DNA of 63,935 nt, filler included, from Octopus bimaculoides (Eukaryota): the NCBI RefSeq assembly GCF_001194135.2. It is 5 parts of 5 records of this genome, joined end to end, with 100 filler letters (N's around TTAATTAATTAA, not from the genome) between each part and the next. Parts side by side here need not be neighbours in the genome. Positions count along the whole stretch, not along the records: positions 26,660 to 40,687 come from NC_068983.1; positions 40,788 to 57,913 come from NC_068982.1; 3 more parts are not named here. One strand, 5' to 3'. The notes below the pieces were generated by a model. The model worked only from the letters and a program-made list of their open reading frames with translations, was not told the origin of the DNA and ran no database searches. This document shows positions 27,601 to 41,240 of this stretch, piece by piece (positions within the stretch are counted from its first letter, which is position 1; the number at the start of each line of letters is the position of its first letter). The translations under genes were made by a program, and so were the position numbers.

Positions 27601-28561
27601 AGATTACAGATAAAGCCAATGCGTCTGTCAAAATATGTAAAACTTTACAAAAGTTTCGCATCAACGTACATATGTACCCTGTAGACATGTATCTATATAT
27701 GAGCAAACATAATAAAATGAGATGACAAAAGAATAAACGAGTATCTTATGAACTTCATTAGCTTACAGCTGTTTCTGCTATAAGATGCAGTGAACTCATA
27801 GTTAAGTGCCTGAGTATTACCTTATAGCTTCATCGAATATAGCCTCGAATATGAAGTGCAATTTATTTGAGAAAGAATTACATGAGTAAACATACATAAA
27901 ACAAAACATATGGATCTACACACGCATTGATACCAAATACTTGCACATATGCATGCACAATTATCTTGTGGATATTGAAATTCAAATGAAGGATGCTTAG
28001 ATCTAGGTAAGAAACCGACACCATTAGCAAGATGTCTAGATATTAACCTAAATAATAAAATATATACATATACACGTCTGCATGTGTATATGTATGTATG
28101 TATGTATAATATAATGCAATATATATATTTATATATGTATATGTATATACAAATAAATGATTTCGTTTTCGTAGCTAACAAAGCGGAAAGACACAGAAAC
28201 ACGTGCGTCCTACAATCTAAGGACGTCATTTACAGCCCAAAATGTGTTTTCGTACAATACTAGGTGGAGAATTTTCTCGCGGGGCTAACGCCGCAGCGGA
28301 ACCTCTTGTTACGTCCGAATGCACTCAAACGAGTTAAATACGACTTTACATGAATATATTTTATTCAACACTGCTTTGTGCAACATTATCTATCTATCTG
28401 TCTGTCTGTCTGTTTGTGCCTGTTTGTGCCTGTCTATAGTACAGTATATATATATATATGTATGTATATATATAAATAAGGAGAGAAAGAGAGTGAGAGA
28501 AAGAGAGAGCGAGAGATAAATAGATAGATAAATAAATAGATAGATAGATAGATAGATAGAT

Positions 28562-28642
<81 letters not shown>

Positions 28643-29299
28643 GTTGTGTATGCAGTGATCGTATTATATTTTTAGGAAGGATTCTGCTAAGGTATAGGTG
28701 CTTTTATTGATTGATTTTATTGTTGAAGAAATTTCTTTATAGGAACCTATAATTTACTTTTCAAGAAACGCAACAGTTGTAGATTTGTAATGACTGTAAA
28801 CTCAGTACTTTGTATAAAAATATCTATCTTTGGAAAGAAAAAATACTATAAAACCGAATAGATACAATATAAAAAGAAAGAAAGGAAGAAAGAAAAAAGA
28901 GAGAAAGAAAGGAAGAAAGAAAAAAGAGAGAAAGAAAGAAACCAACCAAAAAACAAAATATTTCTTCCTTTCATTTGATAACATCGTTAAACTAGCTAAC
29001 ATTCTATGTTTTATTTCGTATTTTTCTCCGATTGTGGAAATAGAAAGTATTCATGTTATTCCTCGTATAAAATGCACACAAATACACACAAATATTCACA
29101 CATATACTCAAGTACACTCGCACACATACACACATACAAATACAGGCACACACACACACACATACTTGTAAATGTACAAATACAAAACACCTGCACAAAC
29201 ATCCAAATACACAAACAGCTATACATGTGCAGAAATAAATGCAGTATAAAATAAATATATTTATTAACACAAATGCAAACACTTATTATGAAGAATCCA

Positions 29300-29479
29300 T
29301 CCATCCATCCATCCATCCATCCACCTCTCTCTGTGTCTCTGTGTCTCTCTGTCTCTGTGTCTCTCTGTCTCTGTGTCTCTCTGTCTCTGTGTCTCTGTGT
29401 CTCTGTGTCTCTCTGTCTCTGTGTCTCTCTGTCTCTGTCTCTGTCTGTCTGTCTGTCTGTCTATCTGTCTCTCTCTTTT

Positions 29480-29542
<63 letters not shown>

Positions 29543-29690
29543 GTCTGTCTCTTTCTCTGCTTCTGAATCTTTCTTTCTGTCTGTGCCTCCGTCTCTCTTT
29601 GTGTATGTATGTATGTATGTATGTATGTATGTATGTATGTATGTATGTATGTATGTATGTGTGTGTGTATGTGCGTGTGTATGTGTACGA
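29300..29690. repeat. Compound microsatellite (CCAT)/(CTGTGTCT)/(CT)/(GTAT)
   Basis: Direct reading. Confidence 0.9.
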
Positions 29691-30052
29691 ATCATACGTT
29701 ACTTTGTGCTAACTGTGCTCTCTCAGTGATTATACATCTCGCTAAATTGAACTAAAACTGTACAAACTAAGTTCATTGGCGATTTATTTTTCTATCATTA
29801 TTAATATGCTAGAATAATCGTGACATCAATGATGATGGCAGGTGTTTTATTAAATATTGTAATAATTACATTTCAGCGTGTAAGTATGGATATTCAAAAG
29901 TTCTGTTTGAAGGTATTGTTCAAAAATATCATGATGAAAGTTGCTAATGAGCACATGGAAATATAAATGAAAATGCCAAAATAACAGGAAAAATAAATCA
30001 TATTTATCATTCCCAAAATACTATACAGGTTTTATATGTACAACATATAAAG

Positions 30053-30260
30053 ACGGCGAGCTGGCAGAATCGTTAGCACGCCGGACAAAATACTTAGCGG
30101 CATTTCGTCTGATTTTACGTTCTGAGTTCAAATTCCGCCGAGGCTGACTTTGCCTGTCATCCTTTCGGGATCGACAAACTAAACTCTAGTTCAACACTGG
30201 GGTTAATGTCATCGACTTATCTTCTCCACAAAATTGCTGGCATTGTGCCAAAACTTGAAA
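30053..30260 (+). mobile_element. Octopus-type SINE family B
   Basis: GGCGAGCTGGCAGAATCGTTAGCAC...GAGTTCAAATTCCGCCGAGG..GACTTTGCC..CATCCTTTCGGG...GTGCCAAAACTTGAAAC. Confidence 0.88.
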
Positions 30261-30955
30261 CGCGTGTGTTTCTCTCATCATGCATCACTATGTTATTTTC
30301 TACAGTAAATGTTCTACCGATGTTGAATTGAAATATGGATATTTACGCAGGTGTACATGATCTAACAAATAAGTTACATACATTTTCTAAAGGTTGTCAG
30401 AGATTAAAAAAGAACGTTATGAAGTAAGAATTTTTACTGACCTTAGTGAGAAAAATCAACTTAAACTTAAGTATTATCAGTACGGCAGCAACTTAGCACA
30501 GAAGAACTGTCCGGGTTACAATAATAATAAAGAAATCTTTTATAAATATTGTGATGGACTTTATAATGCGTTGTATGTATGGTAAAATATTACAGTTTAT
30601 TATAGCAAAGAAATAAATATTTTTTGCAATACAAAAGTATTTTATTCAGGAACATGGAATGTATTGCATATATGCACAGAAATATATGCATGCAGTGTAA
30701 TAAATATATAGCCAAGCCTCTCAGTAAGTTGAATATAAAGAGTAAGAGTGAAATGTAGTGGAATATATGAAGTAGAATAGTTAATAGTGGAATAAGTGTA
30801 TTTACAAATACATACAGCGTATTATTAACGATATATAGAATATTATAGTGAGAATTTACAAAAAAAAACAAAACGAAAAAAACAAAAACAAGACGAAGAT
30901 GGGTGTGTAAACAACAGGCAGAAGCATTAGTTTAACGCTCGAGAAGTGAGAAAGT

Positions 30956-30991
30956 CTTTTACGTTTCGAGCCTACGCTCTTCGACAGAAAG
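30956..30991 (-). ncRNA. Minimal Penelope-type hammerhead (A6U variant)
   Basis: CUUU-CUGUCGA-A-GAGC-GUAG-GCUC-GAAAC-GUA^AAAG; perfect 4-bp stems I and II; palindromic ACGU stem III. Confidence 0.6.
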
Positions 30992-31079
30992 GAACACAGA
31001 AATAAACAGGGAGAGAAAATTAAAAAAAGGTTTAGTGGCTAGCGGTCTATCATGGTGAATATTATATACATATATCAAT

Positions 31080-31405
31080 GTCAAATTTTGGTACAAAGTC
31101 AGGAATCTCGAGGGCGGAGATAAGTCGATTACATCAACCCCAGTGTTCAACTGGAACTTATTTTATTGACCCTCAAGGAACGAAAGGCAAATTCGACGTC
31201 GGTGGCATTTGAATTCAGAATGTAAAGACAGACGAAATACCACTAAGCATTTTGCCTGGTGCGCTAACGATTCTGACAGTTAGCCGCCTTTAGCGTGTTA
31301 TATATATTGGTTTTAAATTTTGGCACAAGGCCAGCAATTTCGAGGGAGGGTGTAAGTCGATTACATTGATCCTAGTTCTCAGCTGGTACTCACTTTATCG
31401 AACTC
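31080..31405 (-). mobile_element. SINE family B, one full and one partial copy
   Basis: Reverse complement of the 30053 element; ends ...CAGTTAGCCGCC at about 31290; a second 3' piece lies at 31310-31405. Confidence 0.85.
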
Positions 31406-32118
31406 AGTTGTGGTTGAGTTTTTTCTCTTTTACCAAGCCACTGTTTACGACGTTTAACATTTCGATAAAAGATCTATTTTTCGTCACCAGTCACAAGTCT
31501 AGCCAAAAAGGGTGAAATGAGTTTACGAGAATGGAGAGAAGAGCAGATGTCAACTCAGGACTTGCGGTTGCTTTCGGACAATTCAAGAGGCACCCATTTT
31601 CCAAGTTTGGAACCTTTACAAGTTGTTGAAGATGACGATGAACAGTTATATGGTTTGAACTAAGCTTTATTGCCAATTCTTCAACTGATAATGCAGGATT
31701 TTCTTCAAGTAATCCCTCAAGGAGCTTATCATCAAACTCAACTGGACGTCCTGTTCGATCTTCATCTTCAAGGCTGAAGTCTCCACTTCTGAATTTTGCA
31801 AACTATCTTCTGCAAATTATTTCATTCAAGTATTCTTTCCCACAAACTGAGTGTATGTTTCGAGTCGTTTCGGCTGCAGAGTTTCCTTTTTTGTACTCAT
31901 AAATGCCTTAAATGCTCTTTAGATACTACCATGTTAGAAAGGGTTTTAATCAAAGAAATTTTAATTGTATTATTCTGTAAAATAATATTTAATTAATTTA
32001 AATTTACACAAATGCATAAAAATAATTTTTAATTCCATTAAACATTCTAAAATACTATTAAAATTTATTCAATTTAAAAAAAAGTAAAATCGGACAAAAC
32101 TTATGGGATGATCTGATA
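31406..32118 (-). mobile_element. mariner 5' half (TIR + transposase N-terminus)
   Basis: TIR TCAGATCATCCCATAAGTTTTGTCCG after TA; ATG at 31932 gives MVVSKEHLRH..FRSGDFSLEDEDRTGRP..WVP..LVTGDEK..KQWLGK; truncated by a SINE. Confidence 0.9.
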
Positions 32119-32574
32119 TATATCTTTGTGTGTGTGTGTGTGTGTGTTTTATCTGGCTCGCTGTCTCATAAATATTTTTAGTTAATAATTAAGCACTTAC
32201 CAATGAATGTAACAGCACTATTTGAATTATTTATAGTAAAAAAAAATCACTAGAGAAATCTTAAAATGTCATTAAGAAACTTTTTACAAATTATCCGCCA
32301 AGATTATAACACAAATAAAATGAGACATTATAGGAACGAAATTGAGAGAGAAATGTGAAACAGTGGACATTTGAAGAATAACCTGTCAGGTTAGCACTGA
32401 ATGATCGACGAGTTATCTAGTGAAGATAAATGTAATTCAGTTAAAATACAAGAAACAATTTCTAGTATCAAATATCGGAAAGAGGAACGGTTGACAATTT
32501 AATGTAATGTAATAGTTAACACATTTACTAGGTGGACAAGAGAAAAGTGGTTACTATCTTTTATCTATTTTCTC

Positions 32575-33035
32575 TAATCTTTTACCTGTTTCAGTTACTG
32601 GATTGCGACCATGCTGGGGCGCCGCCTTGAAGGGTTTTAGTCGAACGATTCGTTACCAGTACATATTTTTTAAACAATGGTACTTAACTCATTAGCCATT
32701 TTTTTGTCGAACAGCTAAGTTATGTGGACGTAAACAAACCAACAACGGTTGTGAAGCAGTGGTCATGGACAAACACACAGAAATACACACGCACATAAAC
32801 TCACACACATAAACTTTCTCTCTCTCTCTTTCTCTCTCTCTCTCATACACTCACGCACATACACATGCATGTATACAACTGGCTTTAACAGAATTTCCGC
32901 CTACAAATTTACTCACAAAGCACTGGTCGGTCTGACACTATTGTAGAATACATTCACCTAAGGTATTGCGCCCTAGGACCGAACACAAACCCCATGGTGT
33001 GAAAAGCGGGCGTCAGAACCACATATCCATGCCTA
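32575..33035 (-). mobile_element. SINE family A, decayed
   Basis: Reverse-complement similarity to 5958-6392 (TTTTACCTGTTTCAGT..GCGACCATGCTGG..). Confidence 0.75.
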
Positions 33036-33881
33036 GTGGATACGTTAGCGGATTGAATTATTATTTCAATTAGTACTAATGAGAATATTTTGTCTTTGAA
33101 ATATCGTTTTTTTTTAATGCCCCTTTATAACGTCCGTAGGTTAAATCAATTCTATTGGTATTGACTATAACGACAATTGGACGAAGAATCAAGGACGACC
33201 CTAATAAAGTTCGAACGCAGAACCTGAGAAATTCGGCACAAAAATTTTGAGGCATTCTAGTGTTTTTATGAATTTTGGCGAAAACTTTTTCATCAATCCG
33301 CTACAGCTGCTGCTTCGTGGTATTGTAGTTTCATCGTTTGGAATTTCCTACGGCAAATAATACAACGTCTCTTCTAAACTACTTAATTGAGTATCAAACT
33401 AACTTGATTCCACAAGTTCTTCTCTTGCTAGCCCAACCCAGGTGTCTGATCGGTAATATATACAACTCTGGCTGAAAAAGAAAATAATATATAACAAAAA
33501 TTGCATGAAAAAGAAACAAATATCGTTCTCCGCCTTCCCCAAACTCCAATACATATCCAACAAAGGCAAGATGATATATATATACACGCCATGTCTGTCA
33601 GAACAACTTTAAATGATGTTTTACTTTGCGAACAGCCTATGAATACATACATACATACATACATACATACATACATACATAAGTATATACGAATCTCCCT
33701 TATATGTATGTACACATGTATGAATTTATGTATGTGAGTGTATATATNNNNNNNNNNNNNNNNNNNNNNNNNNNNNNNNNNNNNNNNNNNNNNNNNNNNN
33801 NNNNNNNNNNNNNNNNNNNNNNNNNNNNNNNNNNNNNNNNNNNNNNNNNNNNNNNNNNNNNNNNNNNNNNNNNNNNNNNNN

Positions 33882-33929
<48 letters not shown>

Positions 33930-34218
33930 CTAAAACATGGAGAAAAGCGAATACGTGGTATAGCACACTTCAGTATATCATTTACAAAAGATGTTATATA
34001 AACATAACCAAAATATAACCGAAGCAAATGTACTCATACAAGGGATTTTGTACATGTATACATACATGCATATACATATACATATATACACCCCCCCACA
34101 TATATATATATATACGCAGACACACATATATATATGTACTTATAAATATATACACATATACATGTGTATATATATATGTATACTTATGTGTGCATGTATA
34201 ATGCATACATGTATATAT

Positions 34219-34306
<88 letters not shown>

Positions 34307-34408
34307 TCACACACACACACACACATACACTCACACACACATATATATGTATGTTTATATGCATATGTATGTATTTATGCAAAAACACACGCACAGACAC
34401 ATAATATA

Positions 34409-34449
<41 letters not shown>

Positions 34450-35271
34450 NNNNNNNNNNNNNNNNNNNNNNNNNNNNNNNNNNNNNNNNNNNNNNNNNNN
34501 NNNNNNNNNNNNNNNNNNNNNNNNNNNNNNNNNNNNNNNNNNNNNNNNNNNNNNNNNNNNNNNNNNNNNNNNNNNNNNNNNNNNNNNNNNNNNNNNNNNN
34601 NNNNNNNNNNNNNNNNNNNNNNNNNNNNNNNNNNNNNNNNNNNNNNNNNNNNNNNNNNNNNNNNNNNNNNNNNNNNNNNNNNNNNNNNNNNNNNNNNNNN
34701 NNNNNNNNNNNNNNNNNNNNNNNNNNNNNNNNNNNNNNNNNNNNNNNNNNNNNNNNNNNNNNNNNNNNNNNNNNNNNNNNNNNNNNNNNNNNNNNNNNNN
34801 NNNNNNNNNNNNNNNNNNNNNNNNNNNNNNNNNNNNNNNNNNNNNNNNNNNNNNNNNNNNNNNNNNNNNNNNNNNNNNNNNNNNNNNNNNNNNNNNNNNN
34901 NNNNNNNNNNNNNNNNNNNNNNNNNNNNNNNNNNNNNNNNNNNNNNNNNNNNNNNNNNNNNNNNNNNNNNNNNNNNNNNNNNNNNNNNNNNNNNNNNNNN
35001 NNNNNNNNNNNNNNNNNNNNNNNNNNNNNNNNNNNNNNNNNNNNNNNNNNNNNNNNNNNNNNNNNNNNNNNNNNNNNNNNNNNNNNNNNNNNNNNNNNNN
35101 NNNNNNNNNNNNNNNNNNNNNNNNNNNNNNNNNNNNNNNNNNNNNNATGCGTGTGTGAGTATACATGTGTATATATAGATATGTATGTATGTATGTATGC
35201 ATGTATATATGCATGTATATATATATCTATATATATATATATACGTGTGTGTGTGTGTGTATATATGCATA

Positions 35272-35313
<42 letters not shown>

Positions 35314-36694
35314 GTACCTGTGCATGCATGTATGAAAATTACTTTTTCACACAAGTAAGTAGAAAGCACATGTTAGTTGAAAGAACATCGACTGAAACAA
35401 AGGTTTCGTTTGAAAATGTTAAGAAAATGAAATAGATTCCAACGACATAATGCTTTTGACTGATAAGTTTGTGATGTATCTTTAACGACACCCATGCTTG
35501 TTTGTATTTTCTTTGTAAAAGTAGCTTCTAATATATATATATATATATCAAAGTAAAAGAATGACAAGAATGAAAAACAAGAGAAAAATATAAAATGATA
35601 TCAGTAACAACGATATCAATAATAAGTAGTCGCAGTTATTTTAGAAACTTGATTATGGCTTTAGAATTAGTTAATTCGTGTAAGATTTTTTGAAATGATT
35701 AGATGTCAAGTTGCTGACAAAAATACTTGACATTCATATCAAACGAAATGTGTTATGCTGTAAATAAAACAGCAGCGAGGAAGAAAATATAAGAAAAAAG
35801 AAGTCAAGAGACATTGGCTCTCTCGAGTTTTTTCTCGCGATAGCATACTTGTGGTAGATCAATATTATAACTACTGTAATGCTTAAAAAAATATAATGGT
35901 GAAAACAATGGTAAATATAATGAAAAAATTTGGTTATAAAATAATTAAACTCTAACAAATTCGTGATGTCACTTCTAACTTTTCAACTGAGGTCAGAATT
36001 TATGACTTGGCAACTATCATTTTGCTTACTTAGAGAAGGAGAAGGAAGAGTGACTATTACGTATACATTTTCTCCAAAACTGACGAAATCAACAACCATT
36101 ATGTTCAACTGAAAATATATCAGTATCTATAAAAAGAGACCTCCGCCATCAATATATGAAGAAGGCAGGGGAAAATCCTCGAAAAAATAGAAGACCTAGC
36201 CGAAGAGTTTACGAGATGAGACAGTTGTGTTGGGGAAAACAGCAATTTTAACTTTCTTTAGTGTTATAAAACATCCAAGAGACATAACTCTCATTTTATA
36301 TATATATATATATACTTACATACATATGTTACATGTGAGTCACTAATGTAAGTTGGAAGGAATGTCTCCTATATGTAACGCGTTCGAGTTGTAATATAAT
36401 GTGTAGTTAGCATTCTTTTAAAGACAGTTCACAGAAAGAATCCATTTTTAGTGATTTCTTAAATAGGCGTGAATAAAGAATATTCAGAAGTCAAGTTTAT
36501 AAAACAGATACATTGAAATTTATTCAGTTGTGTAATGTGTGCTAGCAAGTGGTAGCAAGGATTAACCTTGCATATGAATAGGAACTAAATACATGTGTAT
36601 GCTAGACAGAAAAAAATCGCATGGCTTGCTATATGTACTGAGATTTATATGCAGCAGAGTGGAAGTTGATATCAATCAAATAAGTTGCGTGTAG

Positions 36695-36932
36695 TTAGTG
36701 GTGGACACAGAAAATGTGAGATGTGGAAGAAAGCGATGTTGCTTCTATGCCGCCAAATCTGCAACTGCTCAAGCTAATCCAAAAAGGCGCGCGATACCGG
36801 TGGGCAGGAGTTGTTACTTGTATTATTACGCCTCCAGCTTTTATTGGTTGGAATATGCCAAAGAACACCTGAATTAAGCCACAGCAACAAAATAGATATT
36901 TCCTGTCTCGCTGTATTTTAACACCCTGCAGA
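36695..36932 (-). other. Candidate exon of the minus-strand transcription unit
   Basis: Long pyrimidine tract plus TTGCAG| at 36933, followed by non-repetitive GC-richer sequence; one frame is open to 36695; product not recognised. Confidence 0.25.
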
Positions 36933-37167
36933 CTGCAAGTCGATATAAACAAGAAAGAGGAAGGAGAAAAAATGCAAAGAAAAAAATACATTGCAAAATA
37001 TTCCAAACAATGGCAAAAGAAAATTGCAAACATGAAAAGTCACCAAATGTTCAAACACTAGAAAAAGAAAACGACATGATTGCATTAATAAGAAAAAAAA
37101 AAAAAAAAACAAGCATGCAAAAATAAGTTAATAAGAGGCACTAAAAGCTAGTTAATATACAAAGTCT

Positions 37168-40100
37168 CTAGGGCCAATGGACACGGCGACCGCTGCGAGT
37201 TGTCGTAACGTATCTTAGTGAAGGTGGGAAGACGTTTGTTGGGCAGTGTGTGTTGGGATGTATATGTGTGTGGAGCGATGTGTGTGGAGGATGTATGTGG
37301 TTCCGTGGTATTAGCATCTCTGTAGGCCCTCTTGATTCTATCCACAAAGACAATGTCTTTGGAACGATTAAAGTATATAGTAACGTGTTTGAGCGCGCAA
37401 GTATGCGACAAGGTCTCGAGTAAGGTGGAGTGAGAAGACTTCTTACTGCGTCCATAAGGCAATGTCCCTCAGGACCGAAGGTTTAACGGCTTAGTGCTGA
37501 GTGTTCATGGGTGGAAGAACTTGAAAATAAGCATGCAGGCGATTTACATAGAGCGCAGGATCCTAGGTAGAAAGGTCGACTTGGGTGAGCATCTGCCCCG
37601 GCAAAAACAACAGAGTACTGTACATCAGCTTTGTTGGGGAGTATCCGAGATTATCCTTGAATGCAGTCCGAATGCCGAAGAGCACTATGGGGAGATACTC
37701 GCTCCAGCGTTGAGTATCAGAGTAGGCACGAAACGCGGCTTTCAACTGGTGATGGAAGCGTTCCACCATTCCATTAGATACATGATGATAACTGGTAGTA
37801 CGGATCCGTTGCGCACCGATGATCTTAGTAAGTTCCGCAAAAAGGTGAGTTTCAAAATGTCTACTACGGTCTGTTGTAATAGCGGTAGGGACACCGTAAC
37901 GCGATAACCAACCTGATACCAAGGCTCGTGCTACCGGTTCAGCAGAGATATTGATTAAAGGAATGGCTTTAGGCCAGCGAGTGAACCGCTCAATGCAGGT
38001 CAGGATGTATGTAAATCTTTGACTGACAGGGAAGGGTCCGACCAGGTCAACATGGATATGGGGAAAATGTGCATCAGGTGTTATTTCTTTACTACCCACA
38101 AGGGGCTACACACAGAGGGGACAAACAAGGACAGACAAACGGATTAAGTCGATTATACCGACCCCAGTGCGTAACTGGTACTTATTTAATCGACCCTGAA
38201 AGGATGAAAGGCAAAGTCGACCTCAGCGGAATTTGAACTCAGAACGTAGCTGCAGACGAAATACCGCTAAGCATTTCGCCCGGTGTGCTAACGTTTCTGC
38301 CAGCTCGCCGCCTTTGATAAACTTCTGGTAATGATGACAAACTTCTGGAAAGTTTTACAGACATTTACAGTTCCAGTGATGGTTTGGATTTGTAGTTTTC
38401 AAATCATCTTTTTCCTTTCTGGTTTTGAGAAGCCTCATTCCTCAGGATTGGTATTTAGGCTTATGCACCTTCGACTTCTGGCATTGGAGGCAAGTTCGGG
38501 TCCATTCAGTAATATCCCGCCTCATATTTGGCCAGAAGAATCTTGTTTTTATGAGCTTTACTGAGGCCGAGACTCCAGGGTACGAAAGACTGTGAAAAGC
38601 TTCGAATCCAGCTCGTCGATGGGTGGGACGAAGGGACGAGGCGAATACGTTGACACGTCACATAATATCTACACGTCAGCCATTAATAGAGGCAGGTACT
38701 TGAATTGGCCTGTCACAAACTCAGAAGAAGAAGATGTGTCAAGTGAGTCCAGAGGACGAAACAGTCGGGTCAATCTTCGGAGTGGATGACAAAGAATTCA
38801 CCGGCAGGCGGGACAATGCGTCTGCAGTGTTCTGAGCTCCGGAGATGTGCTGGATATCATTGGTAAATTGCGATACGAAGTTCAAGTGTCTAGTCACCCT
38901 CGGTGAATACTTCTCAGGCTTGGACCGCAAAGCAAAAGTAAAGGGCTTATGATCTGCATAGATGGTAAAGTTCCTACCTTCGAGGATTTGCTGGAAATGC
39001 TTCACTGAAAGGTAGATCGCCAACAATTCGCGACCAAAGGTACTACAATGCGCCTCAGCAGGTTTCAGCTGCCGAGAGAAAAAGACTAGAGGTTGCAAAT
39101 ATTGTTTGGGAAACTGCTCCAATACGGCACCGATGGCTGTGTCTGATGCATTAACTACAAACGAAAGCTTTGCATCGGAGACAGGATGTGCTAGTAGAGA
39201 TGCTTTAGCAAGTTCACGTTTCACAGCATCAAAAGCTTCCATCCGAGTCGGAGTCAACGCAATAGCTTCATTCTTACGACGATTCTTTAAGAGCTGGGTA
39301 AGTAGAGACGGGAGTTCAACACAGTGAGGAGCGAAACGTCTAAGTTCAGTAAACCAAGGAAATGTCGCAACTGGCAAAGGGAAATAGGAGGAGGGAGGTC
39401 CTCAAAAACCCGCACTTTCTCTGGATGAGGTCGAATATCCACTTTGTTAATGATGTGGCCAAGAAACACAAGGAAAGGTGTGACAAAAACACATTTAGCA
39501 GGGTTAATTCGTACTTGAAATTGGTTAAAGCACTGGAAGAGCAGCTTTAAATGATGAACATGCTCTTCAGCTGAAGAACTGGCAATCAAGGGGTCATCAA
39601 TACATGCATAGATGAAACCTAATCCAGGAATGACTTCGTGTATGAACTGCTGAAAGATGCTGACAGCATTTCGGAGGTCAAATGGCATAGTCAAGAATTC
39701 GAAGGAGCCGAACGGCGTTGTTACTGCGGTCTTCGGAATGTCCTCAGGTCGAACAGGAATCTGGTGATAAGATTTCACGAGTACACAGTACATCCAAACA
39801 GCGAGGAAGCAAAATCTTGGAGATGAGATATTAGATATCTATCAGGAATGATGATAACATTGAGACGTCTAAAATCTTCTGTAGGTCTCCAATCATCTGA
39901 GCCCTTGGAGACCATATGCAGTGGTGAGGGCCATTGGCTTGTGGAAGGGCGGATAATTTTCAGCTGCAGCATGTGATCAAATTCGGCTTTGGCTGCTTTG
40001 AGCTTCTCCGGAGGCAGACGACGAGGACGTGAAAATACTGGAGTACCCTTTGTAGAGATAAAATGTTTCGTAGAGTGAGCAGGTGCACTCACTTGGACAT

Positions 40101-40600
40101 TCAAATTGGTGAGTTCCGAGAAAGAGTCCAAAAATAATTGATATGGGTTTCCAGCCGCTGCAATAAAGAATACTGGGCTAGCCAACGGAGTATTCGACTT
40201 TCTTCCAAAAATAGCAAGGCCTGTAGTGCTGCCTAGAAGTCGCCGCTTACGAACATCAACCAGAAGAGAGTAATGATGGAAAAAAATCCGCACTGAGGAT
40301 TGAGTAAGGCAGGTCAGTGATAATGAAAATCCATTTAAAATCTCTTCGCCGGGCCAAATCCAAGGAAAGAGAGATTTGACCGTACATTAGTATAGACGAG
40401 TGGTTCACAGCTTGCAGGATGATTGCAGGAAGAGGAGGCTTATTTTTGACGAATTTAACTAACCAAATACTGCAGGCAGCACCAGAATCAACAAGAACAT
40501 GCTTGTGCAACAAACCCTCGACACAGAATGCATGACTATGCGGGTTTGAACTGGGAGCAGATGTCGTGCTCAGTGTCCCACTGTGGCGTTTCTCTGACCC
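37168..40600 (-). mobile_element. Ty3/Gypsy pol (PR-RT-RH-IN), frameshifted, no LTRs visible
   Basis: LVDSGA protease; RT PLHMV..K, DWRPT.DFRRLN, FGSFEF.TMPF, CIDD; RNase H NASDTAIGAVL, RELLAIY, DHKP; integrase YPGVSAS..CLQCQ, HVDLVGP, RFTRWP, SNGMVERFH; C-terminal TRSGRRVHWP. Resembles the CsRn1/Kabuki group (from memory). Confidence 0.95.
38083..38312 (-). mobile_element. Young-looking SINE family B copy with an alternative 3' tail, inserted in the Gypsy integrase
   Basis: GGCGGCGAGCTGGCAGAAACG head; tail TTTGTCTGTCCTTGTTTGTCCCCTCTGTGTGTAGCCCCTTGTGGGTAGTAAAG; the integrase resumes at TPDAHF. Confidence 0.92.
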
Positions 40601-40789
40601 GAATAAGCGTATCTATATGTATTTGTATGTATATGCAGATATACATACATGTGTATATAGACATTACCTGTCTATCTATATATTTATNNNNNNNNNNNNN
40701 NNNNNNNNNNNNNNNNNNNNNNNNNNNNNNNTTAATTAATTAANNNNNNNNNNNNNNNNNNNNNNNNNNNNNNNNNNNNNNNNNNNNTT

Positions 40790-41240
40790 TACAAGCTTTT
40801 TAATCCCATCAATGTAAAACTCTTGGTTTCAAAGTGAAGAACTCTGAAATGTCAGTTTCGACCTCCTCTTGGCTTGCAAAAGCTATGTCCCCCAAATGAT
40901 TCTGTAAACTATGAAACAAATGGTAGTCTGAAGGAGCAAGGTCGGGGGAATACGGTGGATGAGGAATTTTTTCCCAACCAAGCTCTTCGATCTTCTGTGA
41001 TGTGATCTTTGCAGTGTGGGGTCGCGCATTGTCCTGATGAAACATCACTCCTTTTCCATTCACTAAAGCGGGTCTTTTTTTCTTCAAAGCTTGGTTCAAA
41101 CGCTCTAATTGCTGACAGTAGACTTGAGCATTGATTGTTGCATTAAGTGGTAACAATTCAAAGTGAATTACTCTTTTGCAATCCCTCCTTTGCAATTGAT
41201 AGCTTATCTTTTTTGATGAAAGACGCTTTGACGTTGCTCT
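40790..41240 (-). mobile_element. mariner transposase C-terminal (DD34D) half
   Basis: VIHFELLP, FHQDNARPHT, HPPYSPDLAPSDYHLF. Confidence 0.92.

Noticed and set aside
37100-37170. Expected polypurine tract and 3' LTR of the Gypsy element
   Set aside because: No PPT or TG...CA repeat is visible; the element appears truncated.
31406-41240. Mariner N-half (31.4-32.1 kb) and C-half (40.8-41.2 kb) as one element split by the Gypsy
   Set aside because: On the minus strand the C-half lies upstream of the N-half, which is the wrong order unless the scaffold is misordered.
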